Shown: positions 52,124 through 52,684 of the stretch, in pieces | Layout: every line of letters begins with the position of its first letter | How positions within the stretch are numbered: position 1 is the first letter of the stretch | NCBI GenBank assembly: GCA_964489685.1 | Contig: CAZAZR010000008.1 | Location: 1 to 52,684 of the forward strand | Source of the DNA: an uncultured Solibacteraceae bacterium | GTDB taxonomy: Bacteria > Acidobacteriota > Vicinamibacteria > Vicinamibacterales > SCN-69-37 | DNA length: 52,684 bases | Reading direction: 5' to 3' | The notes under the pieces: generated by a model | Seen by the model: the letters and a program-made list of their open reading frames with translations, nothing else | Database searches by the model: none | Told to the model about the DNA's origin: nothing | Position numbers and translations under genes: made by a program

Positions 52124-52292
52124 GCCCGCCGCGGTTCCCGCCGGCACGGCCTCCCCCAATGACATCCACCCGGATGGCAAGCGCATAGCACTCGCCGCGG
52201 CCGTCGATCAGGCCGGCGTGGTGCAGGACAAGGTCGTGTTCGTGTTCAACTTCTTCGAGTACGTGAAGAAGACGGTGGCGGGGAAAAAATGA
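52123..52292 (+). pseudogene. 3' end remnant of kinase-TolB-like gene
   Basis: DIHPDGKRIAL...DKVVFVFNFFEYVKKTVAGKK*, paralogous to 51455-51605. Confidence 0.75.
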
Positions 52293-52303
52293 GTCTCACG
52301 CCC
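52289..52303 (+). pseudogene. 5' stub of Ser/Thr kinase gene
   Basis: ATGAGTCTCACGCCC (MSLTP) with ATGA overlap; near-identical to 51118. Confidence 0.55.
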
Positions 52304-52346
52304 TCGTGGCGCGTCAGTCAGGCGAGATGATGCCTTCTGGTCACAA

Positions 52347-52377
52347 TTGACATCATTTTCACTCTACGTCATCATTT
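52347..52377 (+). promoter_or_regulatory. vapBC promoter/operator
   Basis: TTGACA-N17-CATCAT, 6 nt before the ATG; CATCATTT occurs twice. Confidence 0.65.
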
Positions 52378-52381
52378 CTGA

Positions 52382-52609
52382 ATGAGGACAACACTGACGC
52401 TAGACGATGACGTGGCGGAACTGGCGGCGCGCCAGGCCAAGGCACGGGGGCTGTCGTTGGGCAAGGCAATCTCGGACCTGGTGCGTCGGGGGCTCAATGC
52501 GCCCACGCCGTCCACCGACAAGAACGGGCTCGTGGTGTTCCGGTTGCCGTCCGACTCGCCAACGGTCACCACCGAGGACGTGCGCCGGCTTGAAATCGAG
52601 GGAGCGTGA
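52382..52609 (+). CDS. vapB: VapB-like RHH antitoxin
   Basis: MRTTLTLDDDV...SLGKAISDLVRRGL...VTTEDVRRL. Confidence 0.88.
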   Translation: MRTTLTLDDDVAELAARQAKARGLSLGKAISDLVRRGLNAPTPSTDKNGLVVFRLPSDSPTVTTEDVRRLEIEGA

Positions 52610-52684
52610 AGGCGTACCTGCTCGACACCAACGTGCTGATCGCGCTGTTGTGGTCGAGTCATGCCCAGCATGATGCGGCGATGC
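52606..52684 (+). CDS. vapC: VapC PIN toxin (partial)
   Basis: GTG start overlapping the antitoxin stop; MKAYLLDTNVLIALLWSSHAQH. Confidence 0.85.
   Translation, partial: MKAYLLDTNVLIALLWSSHAQHDAAM

Noticed and set aside
50394-52303. Kinase stubs considered as CRISPR repeats or integron attC sites
   Set aside because: Spacing is irregular and gene-sized, the repeats are protein-coding starts, and I see no attC structure, cas or intI in the window.

Overview
High-GC bacterial chromosomal window. It is probably from Acidobacteriota (Vicinamibacteria-like), inferred from PadR plus ADOP-type permeases and 'MSL..GTRLGPYE' Ser/Thr-kinase starts. The left and middle are mostly housekeeping and envelope genes: a partial TonB-type receptor, an OmpR-family two-component system, an ABC exporter, topoisomerase IV-like subunits parE and parC about 10 kb apart, sucAB, proline dehydrogenase with a diheme cytochrome c, dinB, peptidases, a glycosyltransferase operon and an ECF sigma/anti-sigma/vWA module. 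There are two decayed ADOP permeases, a DUF4157 remnant, a 157-bp MITE and six TA-like gene pairs. The most unusual feature is at the right end (50394-52684): an array of self-promoted toxin-antitoxin cassettes, each placed directly after a short 5' stub of a Ser/Thr-kinase gene, with kinase-type 3' ends joined to the next stub by ATGA overlaps. Other notable signals are octamer DNA repeats expanding in-frame inside sucA/sucB, and a duplicated TTGCAAG-N15-CGTTC motif that probably marks the ECF sigma's promoters. All family assignments come from motif recognition, not database searches.
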